Below are positions 27,672-38,105 of a stretch of DNA of 64,000 bases, piece by piece. The first letter of the stretch is position 1; each line of letters starts with the position of its first letter. The notes beneath the pieces are model-generated. The model did no database searches. It was given only the letters and a program-made list of their open reading frames with translations, and had not been told where the DNA came from. The stretch comes from a virus. Taxonomy: Duplodnaviria; Caudoviricetes. The translations under genes were made by a program, and so were the position numbers. The stretch lies in the IMG/VR virus record IMGVR_UViG_2844496579_000002, positions 1-64,000 of that record. One strand, 5' to 3'.

Positions 27672-29825
27672 ATGCCCCAAGACTTGCTCCAAAAAGCGAA
27701 GGAATGCTTCAAGGAAGACCAGGAGGCGTTTCGCGACAACCGCGAGCGCATGCTGGAAGACCTGAGGTTTTCCAATCCGGCATGCCCGGAACAGTGGGAC
27801 GATGCCGTGCGTCGCGCCCGCGAGCAGTCTGAGGGCGGCGCTCGCCCGTGCCTGACGTTCGACCAGACGAATCAGTACATCGCCCAGGTTGTGAACGACA
27901 GCCGGCAGAACAAGCCAGGCATCAAGGTTATCCCGGTCGATTCTGGCGCCGATGTCGAGGTGGCCGAGAAGCTCGAAGGGATGATTCGGCACATCGAGTA
28001 TTCGAGCCGCGCCAGCATCGCTTACGACACTGCGCAGGAGTACGCGGCCCGCATTGGGCTGGGCTGGCTGCGCGTGGTGCCTGAGATCGTTCAGGCCGAG
28101 CGCAATGAGCAGGAAATCCGCATCAAGCGCGTGCATGACCCACTGTCGGTGATCATTGACGCCAATTCTCAGGAACCTGACGGCAGCGACGCGAGCCGCG
28201 GCTTCGTTGAAACCGTGCTGACTAAGAAGGCGTACAAGGAGCTTTACCCGAAGGCGTCGGTTGTTTCATGGGAGTCCACCGACCGCATGGACGGCTGGAT
28301 CGCGGACGATTCGGTGCGTGTCTGCGAGTATTTCTACAAGGTTGAGACGAAGGTCAACAACCTGGTCATCGCAGGCCCTGGTGGCGAGCGCATGACGGTG
28401 ACCGAGGACGAATACTGGCGCTTGGCCGAAGAGACTGGCCTGCGCCCGATGGTTGAGGCCACGTTCCCGTCAACGCAGGTCGAGGTCAAGTGGGTCAAGA
28501 TGAGCGGCATGGAGATCCTGGAAGAGACGGATTTCCCCAGCCGCTTCATACCGCTGATCCCGGTGCTGGGCTACGAGGTATATGTGGAAGGCCGGCGCTA
28601 CATCTGCGGCATGACGCGGCGCATGATGGACTCGCAGAGGGCCTACAACTACGAGCGCACCTCGTACATCGAGCAGGTGGCGTTGCAGCCCAAGGCGCCG
28701 TTTGTGCTGCCGTGGGAGTCGGTTGAGAACTTCCAGGACGAGTGGGCGACCGCGAACACGTCGAACCGGGCATACCTGCCGTACAACGCCCTGGATGGCG
28801 AGGGCCGGCAGTTGCCACCGCCCGCCCGCCAGGGACCGCCCCCTGTGGGCGCGTCGTTCATTCAGGGTGGTGCGCTGGCGCTGTCTGACATCCAAGCCAG
28901 CATCGGCATGTACCGGGCGAACTTGGGCGCGCCGAGCAATGAAACAAGCGGGCGCGCGATCAATGCCCGCCAGCGTGAAGGCGACACCGCCAACTATCAC
29001 TACATCGACAACCTGTCGCGCTCGATCGAGCATCTGGGCCGCATCATCGTCGACATGATCCCCAGAATCTACGACACGGCGCGGGTCGCGCGCATCACGG
29101 GTGACGACGGCAGCGTTGAGGCGGTCGAGATCAACCCGGAGATGGAGCAGGCCAAGCAGAAGACGGCCGATGCCATGGTCATCAATCCTGCTGTGGGGCA
29201 ATATGACGTTCGCGTGAAGGTCGGCCCGTCATATTCGACGCTTCGGCAGGAGTCAGCAGAGGCTATTGGCCAGATCCTGCAAGGCAACCCGCAAGCCTTC
29301 GCGGTGCTGGGGCCTGAGTGGGCAAAGATGCAGGATTGGCCGAACGCCGACAAGGTGAGCAAGATGCTGCTGGCCATGGCGCCGCCTCCTGTGCAGGCGC
29401 TGGCCCAAGGGGATCAGGAGATCCCTGCTGCTATCCAAGCCCAGATGCAGAACATGAAGCAGCAGATGGAGCAGATGCAGCAGATGTTGCAAGAAGCGCA
29501 GCAGAAGCTGGAATCGGACTCTGTCGAGGCGATGCGCAAAATGGCCGAGGCCGACAAGGACCGCGCGATTGATGCCTATAAGGCCGAAACCGAGCGCATG
29601 GCGATCATGCAGCCCGCGATGGGGCCGCAAGAGATCCAAGCACTGGTGCTTCAGACCGTTCAACAGTTGCTGACCAGCCCGCCTATTCCGCCTGAGCCGC
29701 AAGCCCCGCCCATGCAGCCCCCGATGGCACCACAGATGCCGCCTGGTGGGCTGCCGATGGCCCCGCCTGGCTTGCCTCCCACCAACATGAACCAACCGCC
29801 TCCGGGCGGTTTTTTTACGTCCTGA
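27672..29825 (+). CDS. P22-like portal protein
   Basis: 717 aa after terL; QW...RPCLTF; C-terminal coiled coil. Confidence 0.88.
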   Translation: MPQDLLQKAKECFKEDQEAFRDNRERMLEDLRFSNPACPEQWDDAVRRAREQSEGGARPCLTFDQTNQYIAQVVNDSRQNKPGIKVIPVDSGADVEVAEKLEGMIRHIEYSSRASIAYDTAQEYAARIGLGWLRVVPEIVQAERNEQEIRIKRVHDPLSVIIDANSQEPDGSDASRGFVETVLTKKAYKELYPKASVVSWESTDRMDGWIADDSVRVCEYFYKVETKVNNLVIAGPGGERMTVTEDEYWRLAEETGLRPMVEATFPSTQVEVKWVKMSGMEILEETDFPSRFIPLIPVLGYEVYVEGRRYICGMTRRMMDSQRAYNYERTSYIEQVALQPKAPFVLPWESVENFQDEWATANTSNRAYLPYNALDGEGRQLPPPARQGPPPVGASFIQGGALALSDIQASIGMYRANLGAPSNETSGRAINARQREGDTANYHYIDNLSRSIEHLGRIIVDMIPRIYDTARVARITGDDGSVEAVEINPEMEQAKQKTADAMVINPAVGQYDVRVKVGPSYSTLRQESAEAIGQILQGNPQAFAVLGPEWAKMQDWPNADKVSKMLLAMAPPPVQALAQGDQEIPAAIQAQMQNMKQQMEQMQQMLQEAQQKLESDSVEAMRKMAEADKDRAIDAYKAETERMAIMQPAMGPQEIQALVLQTVQQLLTSPPIPPEPQAPPMQPPMAPQMPPGGLPMAPPGLPPTNMNQPPPGGFFTS

Positions 29826-29875
29826 GTTTTACCCCACTTCGCGGGGACGCGCGATGACCCACTTAGCCGAGAGCT

Positions 29876-30601
29876 ATGACTATTGAAAGCCAAGCCGCGC
29901 CTGTCGAAGCGGCTCAAATCCCTTCGACTGATCCCGCCACGATTACCCCGGCCCAGGCGGAACCGGAAAACCCTGAAGGCACTGCAGACCAGCAGAAGCC
30001 CGAGCTTACGCAAGCCGAGCGTGAAGCCCGTGCGCTAAAGCGTCGCGTGGACCGTTTGACCCGGGAGAAGTACCAGACCCAGGCCGAACTCCAACAGCTT
30101 CGCCAGCGGCCCGCAGAACCCCAGGCTGACGCCTCTCAGTTGACCGAGCAGGAAATCAACCGTCGAGCAGTTCAGGTTGCCGAAGCGAAGGCAGTCAACG
30201 ACCGCTGTAACGAAATTGCCCGTGTCGGGGCCAAGGAATTCCCCGACTTCATGGACAAGTTCGCGGAGTTGTCGGCGGACATCCCGACCTTCACCAAGGA
30301 TGGCCCCACGCCGTTCATGGAGGCAATTCTGGATTCGGATAGCCCTGCGGCGTTGCTTCATCACATCGCCAGCAATCCGGATCTCGCGGACGAACTCGCG
30401 GACCTTTCCCCGCGGCAGCAAGTGCGGCGTCTTGCCCTCATCGAACGCGATATGGGCGCCAAAGAAGCCCCCCCCAAAACCAGCAGCGCGCCAAAGCCCA
30501 TCCAGCCGGTGAAACCGACTGCGACGGCGGGCGGCCCCGACCCCGGCAAAGACCCCGAGGGTTGGATCGCGTGGCGCAACGCCCAAGTGCGAACCAAATA
30601 A
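29876..30601 (+). CDS. Scaffolding protein
   Basis: Acidic/coiled-coil protein between portal and coat. Confidence 0.75.
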   Translation: MTIESQAAPVEAAQIPSTDPATITPAQAEPENPEGTADQQKPELTQAEREARALKRRVDRLTREKYQTQAELQQLRQRPAEPQADASQLTEQEINRRAVQVAEAKAVNDRCNEIARVGAKEFPDFMDKFAELSADIPTFTKDGPTPFMEAILDSDSPAALLHHIASNPDLADELADLSPRQQVRRLALIERDMGAKEAPPKTSSAPKPIQPVKPTATAGGPDPGKDPEGWIAWRNAQVRTK

Positions 30602-30610
30602 GGAACAGTC

Positions 30611-31852
30611 ATGGCTGACAATTTCATCACCTCGGACATCATCACCGCAGAAACCCTGCGGATCATCCACAACGAGAGCGCATTCCTCGGCTCCATCAAC
30701 CGCGAATACGACAGTCAATTCGCCCAAGAAGGCGCCAAAGCCGGCGCTACGGTCAACGTCCGCCGCCCGGTGCAATACACCATCCGCGACGGCGCGACCG
30801 CATCGTTTCAGGACATCAACGAAACGAAGGTGCCGATCACCATCAACCCGGAATTTGGCATCGACTTCGATTTCAGCGATTTCGATCTGACGCTGAAGAT
30901 CGACAAGTTCAGCGAGCGCTATTTGCAGCCGGCCGGCAAGCGCCTGGCGACCGAGTTGGATGTGCGGATCGGCGCGCTGTACAAGCAGGTGTTCAACTAC
31001 TCCGGCACGCCCGGTACGCCTCCGGCCACCGCTCAGGCGGCGTTGGATGCGGCGGTCTTCCTGGACAACAACGCGGCTCCGCGTGATGGCGATCGCCAGT
31101 TGGCGCTGACCCCGCTGGCGAACTCCAAGCTTGTCGGTGGCATGGCCGGGTTGTTCAACGACCAGGCCACGCAAGGCAAGCAGATGCGTCGCGGCCTGAT
31201 GGAAACCAACCTGGGCATGGACTTCCAGATGTCCCAGAACCTGCCCACGCACACGGTCGGCCCGCTGGGTGGCACTCCGCTGGTCAACGGCGCAGGCCAA
31301 GGCACCATCGCGGTCGGCGCCACGGACAACCCGTATGCGTCCACCACGGCGCTGGTTACGGACGGCTGGACGGCGGCGGCGGCCCTGCGCCTGAACGAAG
31401 GCGACGTGTTCACCATCGCTGGCGTGTTCGCGCTGAACCCCGAAAACAAGGTGTCCACGGGCGCCTTGCAGCAGTTCGTGGTGCGCGCAAACGCCAGTTC
31501 GGACGCTTTGGGCAACGCGACGGTGACGATCTCGCCGGCCATCATTGTTGGCGGTTCGTATGCCACGGTGTCGAACTCGCCTGCCGACAACGCCGCGATC
31601 ACGGTCATCGGCACGGCTGGCACCAGCGCCGCGCAGAACATCCTGCATCACAAGGATGCGTTCACACTGGTGACGGTTGACATGCCTCTGCCGCGCGGCA
31701 TGGACATGGCCTCCCGCATGGCTGTCGATGGCGTCTCGATGCGCTTCGTTCGTGGCTTTGACATCACGAACAACAAGCGCCTGTGCCGCTTCGACATCCT
31801 GGCCGGGTTCGCTGCGCTGCGCCCTGAGTGGGCTGTCCGCGTCCCCAACTAA
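30611..31852 (+). CDS. P22-like major capsid protein
   Basis: INREYD, KAGATVNVRRP, RFDILAG..ALRPEWA. Confidence 0.9.
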   Translation: MADNFITSDIITAETLRIIHNESAFLGSINREYDSQFAQEGAKAGATVNVRRPVQYTIRDGATASFQDINETKVPITINPEFGIDFDFSDFDLTLKIDKFSERYLQPAGKRLATELDVRIGALYKQVFNYSGTPGTPPATAQAALDAAVFLDNNAAPRDGDRQLALTPLANSKLVGGMAGLFNDQATQGKQMRRGLMETNLGMDFQMSQNLPTHTVGPLGGTPLVNGAGQGTIAVGATDNPYASTTALVTDGWTAAAALRLNEGDVFTIAGVFALNPENKVSTGALQQFVVRANASSDALGNATVTISPAIIVGGSYATVSNSPADNAAITVIGTAGTSAAQNILHHKDAFTLVTVDMPLPRGMDMASRMAVDGVSMRFVRGFDITNNKRLCRFDILAGFAALRPEWAVRVPN

Positions 31853-31909
31853 GCCGCATCAATCCCTTGTGCCGCGCCTGGGTTCGCCTGGGCGCGGCGG
31901 GAGTCCCAT

Positions 31910-32149
31910 ATGGATACCTGGCTCTATCACCGCACCGAATCGCCGAGGATTTTCCGCTCTGCGGATGATGTCAAGGCGGCCCTGGCTGACGGCTGGGCTG
32001 ATACGCCCGCAGCATTCGAAGCCGAAGAAGTGCCCAGCGAACTGGACGAGTTGCGCGCCAAAGCTGCCGGTTTGGGCATCAAATTTGACAAGCGTTGGGG
32101 CGCCGACAAGTTGGCCAAGGCGATCAAAGACCATGACGACAGCGCTTGA
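31910..32149 (+). CDS. Small virion-associated hypothetical protein
   Basis: GWADTP; LGIKFDKRW..KL. Confidence 0.6.
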   Translation: MDTWLYHRTESPRIFRSADDVKAALADGWADTPAAFEAEEVPSELDELRAKAAGLGIKFDKRWGADKLAKAIKDHDDSA

Positions 32150-32828
32150 GATCGTCAACCGGGCCTACACGCTCTTGGGCGTGAAAGACCCCGGGCAGGC
32201 GTTGCCCGGCACGATGGAGGTGGACGCACTCGAAGTGCTGAACACCATGATCGATTCCTGGCGGACCGAAGAGTTTTTCGTCTACCAGATTGACGAACTG
32301 GTATACGCCATGGCGCCGAACCAGCAGACGGTGAAGATTGGCCCGGGGCAGCAGATTGACGTGCCGGTGCCGCTCAAGATCGAGCGCGGGGTATTCGTGC
32401 GCTCTGGCGGGATCGATTACCAGGTTGCTGGCATCGACCGCGTTCAGTACGCCCAGATCATGCTCAAGACCACCGGGTCAAGTTTTCCCAGCGCGGTCTA
32501 CTACGAGCGCGCCTACCCGTTCGGCACGCTGTTCTTTTGGCCGCTGCCGGCTGGCGCATACGAGTTGCACTTGCCGCTCTGGCAGCAGTTGGCAGAATTT
32601 GGCGACTTGGGTACCGACATCCAGTTGGCTCCAGGATGTCGCCGAGCATTGGAATATTCGCTTGCCGAAGAGTTGTCCCCGGGACTGGTCGATCTGCCGA
32701 CCGCCGTTATCAAGACTGGCATTCGTGCGCGCGCGAACATCAAGCGCGTGAACCGCGAGACGCCTGTGCTTGATGTGCCCCTTGATCTGCAAGTCGGGCG
32801 CCGGTTCAACATCTTCGCGGGCCAATGA
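32133..32828 (+). CDS. Head-tail adaptor (P22 gp4-like position)
   Basis: MTTALEIVNRAY..LGV...LNTMIDSW. Confidence 0.65.
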   Translation: MTTALEIVNRAYTLLGVKDPGQALPGTMEVDALEVLNTMIDSWRTEEFFVYQIDELVYAMAPNQQTVKIGPGQQIDVPVPLKIERGVFVRSGGIDYQVAGIDRVQYAQIMLKTTGSSFPSAVYYERAYPFGTLFFWPLPAGAYELHLPLWQQLAEFGDLGTDIQLAPGCRRALEYSLAEELSPGLVDLPTAVIKTGIRARANIKRVNRETPVLDVPLDLQVGRRFNIFAGQ

Positions 32829-34261
32829 TGGCAGAGCTTGCTATCCCCTTCGTCGGGCAGGCCTACGAAGCGCGCAGCCTGAATTTCAGCGCTCAGCGAT
32901 GCGTGAATCTGTTCCTTGAGCTTGGCATGGCTGGTGCCAAGTCCCCAGCGGCATTGTTTTGCACGCCCGGATTGACCCAGAAGCTGCAAATGCCAAACGG
33001 CCAGACCGAGATCCGTGGGGTGCTTCAGTTCGAAGGGCTTTTATGGGTGGTATCGGGGAACACGCTGTTTTCAGTGTCTGACAGCTTCGTGGCCACCATT
33101 ATCGGTGTCCTCGCGACTAGCACCGGGCCGGTGTCTATGGCGAAGAACGAAACACAACTGGCGATTGTGGATGGCGTCGGCGGTTACTACTACGACTTTC
33201 CATCGCTGACGTTCGGGCAGATTACGGATTCCGAGTTTCCGACCGGGTGCCGACGTATCTCGTACCTGCTTAACCGTTTCTTGGTTGAAGCACCGCAGTC
33301 GCAAACCATGTCATGGTCCAAGATTGGCGACGTACGCGTCTGGGATGGCCTGGACTTCGCCAGCGCGGATGCGTCGCCTGACAACATCGTCTCGCACATG
33401 GCCGACCATCAAGAGCTGTATGTGTTTGGCGAGACGACCACGCAGATCTTTGTCGCTGACGCCCAGGGGTTTGCCAACAGCCCTAACAGCTCGATGCAAC
33501 AGGGGTGCGCCGCGGTGTTCAGCCCGGCCAGCATCGATAACAGCGTGGTATGGCTTGGGCGTGATGACCTTGGGCATGGGATCGTTTGGCAGACGCGGGG
33601 CGGTGCCACGCCAGTACGGATATCGAATCATGGTGTCGAGTACGCCATTTCTCAGTACGAGCGAATCGATGACGCGGTTGCCTACGTCTATCAGCAGGAA
33701 GGGCACCTTTTCTATGTGCTGACGTTCCCCACCGGGAATGCGACGTGGGTGTACGACGTTGCCAGCCAAACGTGGCATGAGCGGGCCTACATGGTCCCGT
33801 CAACTGGCGAACTGACGCGACACCGGTCCAACTGCCACGCAATGTTCAACGGTCACCACATTGTGGGCGACTGGCAGAACGGGCGCCTGTATGAGTTGGA
33901 TTTGAGCAGCTATACCGACGATGGCGATGCCATCCTGCGCCTGCGTTCGTCTCCGGCCATCACGCAGAATCAAAAGCGGATGGTATTCAAAGCATTGCAG
34001 GTAGACGTTCAAGTTGGAGTGTCTCCGTCGACCGGGCAAGGCAGTGACCCGGTTGGAATGCTCAGGTATTCCGACGACTCCGGCCACACTTGGAGCAACC
34101 GGAGTACAGCCACGCTTGGCAAGATAGGCCAGTATTCGGCGCGGTGCCGCTTCCATCGCCTTGGGTCTGGCCGAAACCGCGTGTTTGAGTTCAGTGTGTC
34201 GGACCCGGTGCCTGTGGTGATCTTGGGTGCGTATGTGGATGCCGTGGCGGGGCAGTGGTAA
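32825..34261 (+). CDS. Tail hub / DNA stabilisation protein (P22 gp10-like)
   Basis: Beta-propeller-like; TWVYD..WHER; YSDDSGHTW. Confidence 0.8.
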   Translation: MMAELAIPFVGQAYEARSLNFSAQRCVNLFLELGMAGAKSPAALFCTPGLTQKLQMPNGQTEIRGVLQFEGLLWVVSGNTLFSVSDSFVATIIGVLATSTGPVSMAKNETQLAIVDGVGGYYYDFPSLTFGQITDSEFPTGCRRISYLLNRFLVEAPQSQTMSWSKIGDVRVWDGLDFASADASPDNIVSHMADHQELYVFGETTTQIFVADAQGFANSPNSSMQQGCAAVFSPASIDNSVVWLGRDDLGHGIVWQTRGGATPVRISNHGVEYAISQYERIDDAVAYVYQQEGHLFYVLTFPTGNATWVYDVASQTWHERAYMVPSTGELTRHRSNCHAMFNGHHIVGDWQNGRLYELDLSSYTDDGDAILRLRSSPAITQNQKRMVFKALQVDVQVGVSPSTGQGSDPVGMLRYSDDSGHTWSNRSTATLGKIGQYSARCRFHRLGSGRNRVFEFSVSDPVPVVILGAYVDAVAGQW

Positions 34262-34629
34262 TGGAAGAACTGCAACTGCTCGGCAACACTGCCGCGTTCG
34301 CTGAGGACCGCCAGGGTTCTCAGCAATCCCAGACCTTCCAGTCGCGCCAAACGCTGGCGTTTTTCCGCAATCTCAAGCGCATCTTGCGGCAGGCGTATTC
34401 GGTTGACGATGCGCCCGCAGTAGTCCCCGCCACCGCCTCCCCCATGACCTATACCGCCGCCGACCGCATGTCCCTGCATGTGGCGGGCGGCACCGTTTCA
34501 TCGATTGCCTTCAAGCGTGGCGCTAGCACGCTGGCGGTGGGCGCGAACCAGCTTATCCCCCTGAATCCCGGCGACCAGGTCGTCATTACCTACACCGTTG
34601 CGCCCACGATTACCGCCGTGTCGCGCTGA
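34255..34629 (+). CDS. Virion hypothetical protein
   Basis: Coupled ORF in the tail module. Confidence 0.6.
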   Translation: MVMEELQLLGNTAAFAEDRQGSQQSQTFQSRQTLAFFRNLKRILRQAYSVDDAPAVVPATASPMTYTAADRMSLHVAGGTVSSIAFKRGASTLAVGANQLIPLNPGDQVVITYTVAPTITAVSR

Positions 34630-34642
34630 ACCGAGACCAAAA

Positions 34643-35245
34643 ATGCAGAATTTCCACTTCCTGGCGCATGGCGTCGACGTGAACCCGTTGATGCTGGCTA
34701 TCCGCCGTCAGCCGCACCTGTGGCATGAAGACACGTTCTTGCGAAAGTATCCGCAGGGGCCGTTTGGGCAGACGGAAACCATCATGATCCGCTTCCCTGA
34801 GAAGGAGGAAGGCCTCACGGAAGAGCAGATCGAGGCCTACAAGGCGAATCAGCTTGCGGGGTATGACCAGTACGAGGCGGTGAATTATCCCGCCTTGGCG
34901 GCCCTGCCAGAGGCTCGCAAGCTGGTGTTTGACCTGATGGCCCGGGTTCAGGGTGAGCGCCTGGGCCGCGTGATGATCAACAAGGTTTGTGCGGGCGGTC
35001 GCATCTTCCCGCACGCCGACACCCCGGAACAGACGCGGTATTACACGCGGTTCCACATTGTGCTGCACGGCCTGCCGGGTGCCATCCTGCGCTGCGGTGA
35101 AGGTGACGCCGCCGAACAGATCAACATGAATACGGGCGACTGCTTCTGGTTCAACAACGCGCTGACCCATGAAGTGGTGAACAACAGCGCCGACGACCGC
35201 GTTTCTATGGTTGTCGACATTCGTCTGCCGCGCACGAAGGAATAG
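34643..35245 (+). CDS. Asp/Asn beta-hydroxylase-like 2OG-Fe(II) oxygenase
   Basis: IFPHAD...RFHIVL...WFNN..HEVVN...R. Confidence 0.8.
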   Translation: MQNFHFLAHGVDVNPLMLAIRRQPHLWHEDTFLRKYPQGPFGQTETIMIRFPEKEEGLTEEQIEAYKANQLAGYDQYEAVNYPALAALPEARKLVFDLMARVQGERLGRVMINKVCAGGRIFPHADTPEQTRYYTRFHIVLHGLPGAILRCGEGDAAEQINMNTGDCFWFNNALTHEVVNNSADDRVSMVVDIRLPRTKE

Positions 35246-35247
35246 CG

Positions 35248-35703
35248 ATGCTGACCGCCCAAGTAGAAAGCCTGACCGCGCGCCTGGAAGAACTCAAGCC
35301 GCTGTTCCCCCTGCATTGGGAAGAACTGGCGTTGAACAAGGACAAGGTGCCGCTGGGCCCGCAGTACGACATTTACCTGCAACGTGATGCGCGCGGCGAA
35401 GTCACGTTTGTGACGCTGCGCGATGCGGGAGAATTGGTCGGCTACTTCGTGGGCTTCGTGGCACCCGGCCTGCATTACCGCTCCTGCCTGACCTGCCACA
35501 TGGACATCATGTATCTGCGCAAGGACAAGCGCGGCGGGCGCGGCGGGCTGATCTTGCTGAACGCGGTCAAGGCGGAATTGAAGCGGCGCGGCGTGCAGCG
35601 CTGGTTTGTGGGCACCAAAGCCCACATGGATATTGGCTCCCTGTTCAAACGGATGGGGTTCGAACACGTAGAAACCACGTACAGCGCGTGGATCGGGGAC
35701 TGA
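35248..35703 (+). CDS. GNAT-fold acetyltransferase
   Basis: YLRKDKRGGRGG motif A; LFKRMGF. Confidence 0.75.
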   Translation: MLTAQVESLTARLEELKPLFPLHWEELALNKDKVPLGPQYDIYLQRDARGEVTFVTLRDAGELVGYFVGFVAPGLHYRSCLTCHMDIMYLRKDKRGGRGGLILLNAVKAELKRRGVQRWFVGTKAHMDIGSLFKRMGFEHVETTYSAWIGD

Positions 35704-35704
35704 T

Positions 35705-36781
35705 ATGGTAGCCGCCGCAGTAGGGGTATCCGCAGCCGCAGGCCTGGCTGGTAGCGCTATGGCAGCAGACGCCGCGGGCGATGCTGCTGCCGGCCAGCAG
35801 CAGGCCGCACAGGACGCGAACGCGCTTCAGCAGCAGATTTACGACCGCAACACCGAGAACTTTCAGCCGTATCTGAATGCCGGCGGCGCGGGCCTGAACG
35901 CGCTGCTGTTCCGCCTTGGCCTGGGTTCTGGGACTGGCGGTCGAGATCTGACCGAGCAGGAAATCCGCAACGAGCTGATGGGCCAGTACACGACTGCCGG
36001 CCAATCGGGCAGCCCGCCTCCGCTGGCATCGTTGCTCACCAACGCGCGCGACCGGGGATATTCCAACGCGCAATGGGGGTTTGATCCCCAGGCGAACCGC
36101 TGGGGCTATCAACTCGAATACATCATGGGCGGGGACGCTGGGGGCACGAGTTCCAAATGGGTGTATGCCGACCCGCAGGGCGCCACGTCTGACACGGTTG
36201 ATGAAGCCGGTTTGAACGCCGCAGTGCAACAGCGTCTTGCCCAGCAGAATGCGGCCAAGAGCGACCCGAACTATGGCTGGTTGCTCAAGCGCTTCAGCGA
36301 AACGGACTGGCAGACCGATCCCGGGTACCAGTTCCGCTTGGATCAGGGGAACAACGCGCTGAGCAACATGGCGGCGGCGACGGGCAACCTCAACTCTGGC
36401 CGCGCGCTGAAGGACGCCATCGCCTACAGCTCGGGCCAGGCTTCGCAGGAATACGGGAACGCCTACAGCCGGTTCAACACCGACCAGACGAACCAGTACA
36501 ACCGCTTGGCTGCGCTGGCTGGCATGGGGCAGTCGTCGGCGTCTGCGCTGGCGGGCGTGGGCCAGAACTATGCGAACCAGGTCGGAAACAACTTGGCGCA
36601 GGGTGCGAATGCCGCCGCTGCTGGCGCCGTGGGGCAGTCCAACGCGCTGAATCAGGGATTGGGTGGCTTGGCAAACGCCGGCCTGAACTACGCAGCCATG
36701 ACGCGGCAGAGCGGCTACACGCCGAGTGGTCCGGCGTTCGGCAACCTCAATGGGTTGTACGGCGCCAGCTGGGCCAACTAG
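35705..36781 (+). CDS. Ejection/DNA transfer protein (P22 gp7-like)
   Basis: Ala/Gln-rich; QPY..AG; DPGYQFRL; SG.ALK. Confidence 0.8.
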   Translation: MVAAAVGVSAAAGLAGSAMAADAAGDAAAGQQQAAQDANALQQQIYDRNTENFQPYLNAGGAGLNALLFRLGLGSGTGGRDLTEQEIRNELMGQYTTAGQSGSPPPLASLLTNARDRGYSNAQWGFDPQANRWGYQLEYIMGGDAGGTSSKWVYADPQGATSDTVDEAGLNAAVQQRLAQQNAAKSDPNYGWLLKRFSETDWQTDPGYQFRLDQGNNALSNMAAATGNLNSGRALKDAIAYSSGQASQEYGNAYSRFNTDQTNQYNRLAALAGMGQSSASALAGVGQNYANQVGNNLAQGANAAAAGAVGQSNALNQGLGGLANAGLNYAAMTRQSGYTPSGPAFGNLNGLYGASWAN

Positions 36782-36792
36782 TAGGAGACATC

Positions 36793-38103
36793 ATGCAACT
36801 TGACACCCGAATCCCATTGCAAGCGCAAGGCCCGCAGATCGAAAACCCGATCAATGCGCTGTTCAACGCCACGCGCCTGCGGTCCGCGCAGTCTCAGGTC
36901 GGCGAGCAGGAACGCCAGATTGGCGAGCGCAATGCCCTGGCGGATGTGCTGCGCCAGCCTGGAACGTTTGGCGCAGACGGCAGTTTCAACCGTGCGGCGT
37001 TGCCGGCCATCGCGCAAGCTGCGCCTGGATCCGTGGCCCAATACGCTGGTTTGGCGAACCAGCAGGACGCCAGCCAGGGCCAAGCGGATGCGCGCCGCAT
37101 GCAGGCGGCCAAGCAGAGCATGGAAATCCAGGGCCGGCTGTTGCAGGGCGTGCGCGACGAGCAGAGCTACCAGGCTGCCAAGCAGCAGGCACAGCAGTAC
37201 GGTATCGACGTGTCGCAATTTCCGGCCAACTACGACCCGGCCTTCGTGCAGCAGGCGCTGGCCCGCACCATGAGTCAGATGGACCAGTTCGACATGCTGT
37301 ACAAGCAGGAATCGCTGAACTTGCAGCGTCAGAGGCTGGAAGCTGGGAAGACTGGCCCGGTGGGCCAGCCGTTTGAGGCTACCGGTCCGAACGGCGCTCC
37401 CATCCTTGCGCAGCGCTACGGCGACGGCTCCATTAAGCCTGTCGAGGGCTTCGGCCCGAAGGCGCGCAGCGACGGCATGACCATCATGACGAACCCGGAT
37501 GGCACCGCCACTATCACTCAGGGTGGCCAAACTCCTAAGCTGACCGAAGGCCAGAGCAAGGATTTGCTATTCGGCACCCGAGCGCAGGAAGCGGACAAGA
37601 TCATCAACAACCTTGTCTCCCCCCCGGACGGGAAAGAGGGAGTGAACTTCCTGCAAGCGCAGACGCTTGGCGGAGACGGCATCGGCCGGACGATTAAAAA
37701 CTGGATGGCGCCAGCCAATGTCCAGAAGTTCAACCAGGCCAAGCGTGACTTCATCAACGCGGTTCTGCGCAAGGAGTCTGGCGCAGTGATTTCGCCGGAT
37801 GAATTTGCCAACGCAGAGCAGCAATACTTCCCGCAGTCCGGAGATACTGATGAAGTCATTGAGCAGAAAGCGCGCAACCGGGATCTTGCTGCGCGAGGGA
37901 TCCTGGCCGGTGTCCCGGGTGTCGCGCGGGACAACTTGACCTCTGGCGGCAGGCAGAATCCGACGACTGGCCCACAGCCTACCGGCGCGGGAGGCGTGCT
38001 GTCGCCGGCTCCCACGGCCGCGCGAGCGGTGGCCCGCACTGGCACCCTGGATGGCCGAAAGGTAGTCGAATATTCCGATGGCTCTGTTGAATACGCGGAC
38101 TGA
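36793..38103 (+). CDS. Ejection protein (gp20-like position)
   Basis: Gln-rich; INAVLRKESGA.I..EF. Confidence 0.7.
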   Translation: MQLDTRIPLQAQGPQIENPINALFNATRLRSAQSQVGEQERQIGERNALADVLRQPGTFGADGSFNRAALPAIAQAAPGSVAQYAGLANQQDASQGQADARRMQAAKQSMEIQGRLLQGVRDEQSYQAAKQQAQQYGIDVSQFPANYDPAFVQQALARTMSQMDQFDMLYKQESLNLQRQRLEAGKTGPVGQPFEATGPNGAPILAQRYGDGSIKPVEGFGPKARSDGMTIMTNPDGTATITQGGQTPKLTEGQSKDLLFGTRAQEADKIINNLVSPPDGKEGVNFLQAQTLGGDGIGRTIKNWMAPANVQKFNQAKRDFINAVLRKESGAVISPDEFANAEQQYFPQSGDTDEVIEQKARNRDLAARGILAGVPGVARDNLTSGGRQNPTTGPQPTGAGGVLSPAPTAARAVARTGTLDGRKVVEYSDGSVEYAD

Positions 38104-38105
38104 CC

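Noticed and set aside
29680-29825. Pro/Met-rich repeats at the portal C-terminus
   Set aside because: Low-complexity tail common in P22-like portals.
30035-31651. 538-aa antisense ORF (similarly 51496..52638 and 52385..53635)
   Set aside because: Shadow frames of strongly codon-biased genes in GC-rich DNA; no recognisable motifs.
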